Source: Chrysomallon squamiferum (Eukaryota; Animalia; Mollusca). From it: a DNA stretch of 64,000 nt. The stretch spans positions 2,914,001 to 2,978,000 of the forward strand of contig CM022673.1 in assembly GCA_012295275.1 (NCBI GenBank), written 5' to 3'. A model generated the notes under the pieces. It did not search any database and was not told the DNA's origin. It was given only the letters and a program-made list of their open reading frames with translations. The position numbers and the translations under genes were made by a program. Shown here one piece after another: positions 62,911-64,000 of this stretch (the stretch's first letter is position 1; every line of letters starts with the position of its first letter).

Positions 62911-63280
62911 GTAACAATGTAATAACAACAACACCAAACAACAAAAACAATAATAAAGATGATGATGATTATAATGACGATGTTAGTAATGATAACAATT
63001 AATGAAGATAATTAAAATGATAACGAGGCGATAATAATAACAATAAAAAAAGTAAACACTAATTAAACAGCCTAATCCAATTATTATATTTAAATTAAAT
63101 TCCGTTTTTATCAAATCGGCGCTTTCATACAGATAGGTACACGAGCAAATAACGAACTTGTCCGTCAAACCTCGCTTCGACATCTGCCTCTGATCAACAG
63201 ACGCTTCGGGGGTGGGGTGGGGGAATTAAATTGCAGTCCGTGTAGACGTCGGACGTTGCATCTCTTTTCGTAACATAAAT

Positions 63281-63305
63281 CCCCGTGTCCCCGGACCCCC
63301 TCCCC
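63281..63305 (-). other. Potential G-quadruplex within a CpG-rich island in Alx intron 2
   Basis: The minus strand reads GGGG-A-GGGGG-TCC-GGGG-ACAC-GGGG. Confidence 0.55.
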
Positions 63306-64000
63306 ACGCCAGTCGCCGCCCGAGTGTGAAACCCGAGACGCGGGTTATCGCAGCACGTGCGACTGGCGACTATTTTCCTCGGACACGGACGATGACGCGC
63401 GAAATAATCCGGATGTTGTCGAAGTAAAAAAAATCAGAAATCCCGCGAACTCGCTAAGATTATATGCGTAATACCTTTCCTCGCGGCTCCTGTTTCGCCG
63501 TATTTTCACAAGTGTCGGCGATTCTGACATGTAAAGACAATGTTGTTTGACAGAAATTAAAGTCGAATGTGGGAAAAAAAAGAAGAAAAGAGAACAAATT
63601 AGAAAGAGAGAGAGAGTTTAAAATGTTTTTGACACCACTCTGTATTTGTTTGCTTAGCTCAGTGGATGATGACGGATTAAACTGCAACGAAACAGCAGTG
63701 CTAAGTTTGTTTTATTTTAATAACGGTTGTACTGAAAATAAACTGGATTCAAAACTAGAAGAATTTACCAATATTTGAAATTTAAAATGATCAAAACTGT
63801 ATCAAATATTATTTGGCCTATTTCAAATTTTAAAACATTCAAGATTAATGAATTCATACCTGAAATGGACATAAAATGTTATATTGATGAATTATTTATT
63901 TTTAATTGTAGAACTTGTAGAGAAACGGGTTATATCAGCTAAGTTTATCCTAAAGCTGTATGATTAATGTAAGATATGCAAATCTCTTAGAAACGCCTAA

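Overview
AT-rich, microsatellite-dense eukaryotic DNA, probably an invertebrate animal (mollusc-like, inferred only from gene content and repeat landscape). All gene models were assembled by hand from GT-AG splice sites with consistent phases. (1) An 11-coding-exon BDP1 (TFIIIB B'' subunit) gene lies on the minus strand at 505-10893. (2) Three intact, tandem 11-exon genes on the plus strand encode 582-aa 4-coumarate-CoA-ligase/firefly-luciferase-like acyl-CoA ligases (17560-23718, 28287-35002, 40893-47466). Copies 2 and 3 come from a ~12.5-kb tandem duplication with a 7-bp microhomology junction. (3) The 5' part of an Alx-family paired-class homeobox gene (58654-61990) follows a gene-free region with CpG-rich islands and runs off the window. 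The most interesting signal is in the ligase cluster. The enzymes carry mitochondrial-type presequences instead of a peroxisomal PTS1. Some scaffold and catalytic exons look homogenised by gene conversion. The few differences between the youngest copies concentrate on known substrate-specificity positions. Other features are a MULE-like element, hAT-Charlie-like elements, a long fold-back hairpin, and a circularly permuted insertion of microsatellite flanks.
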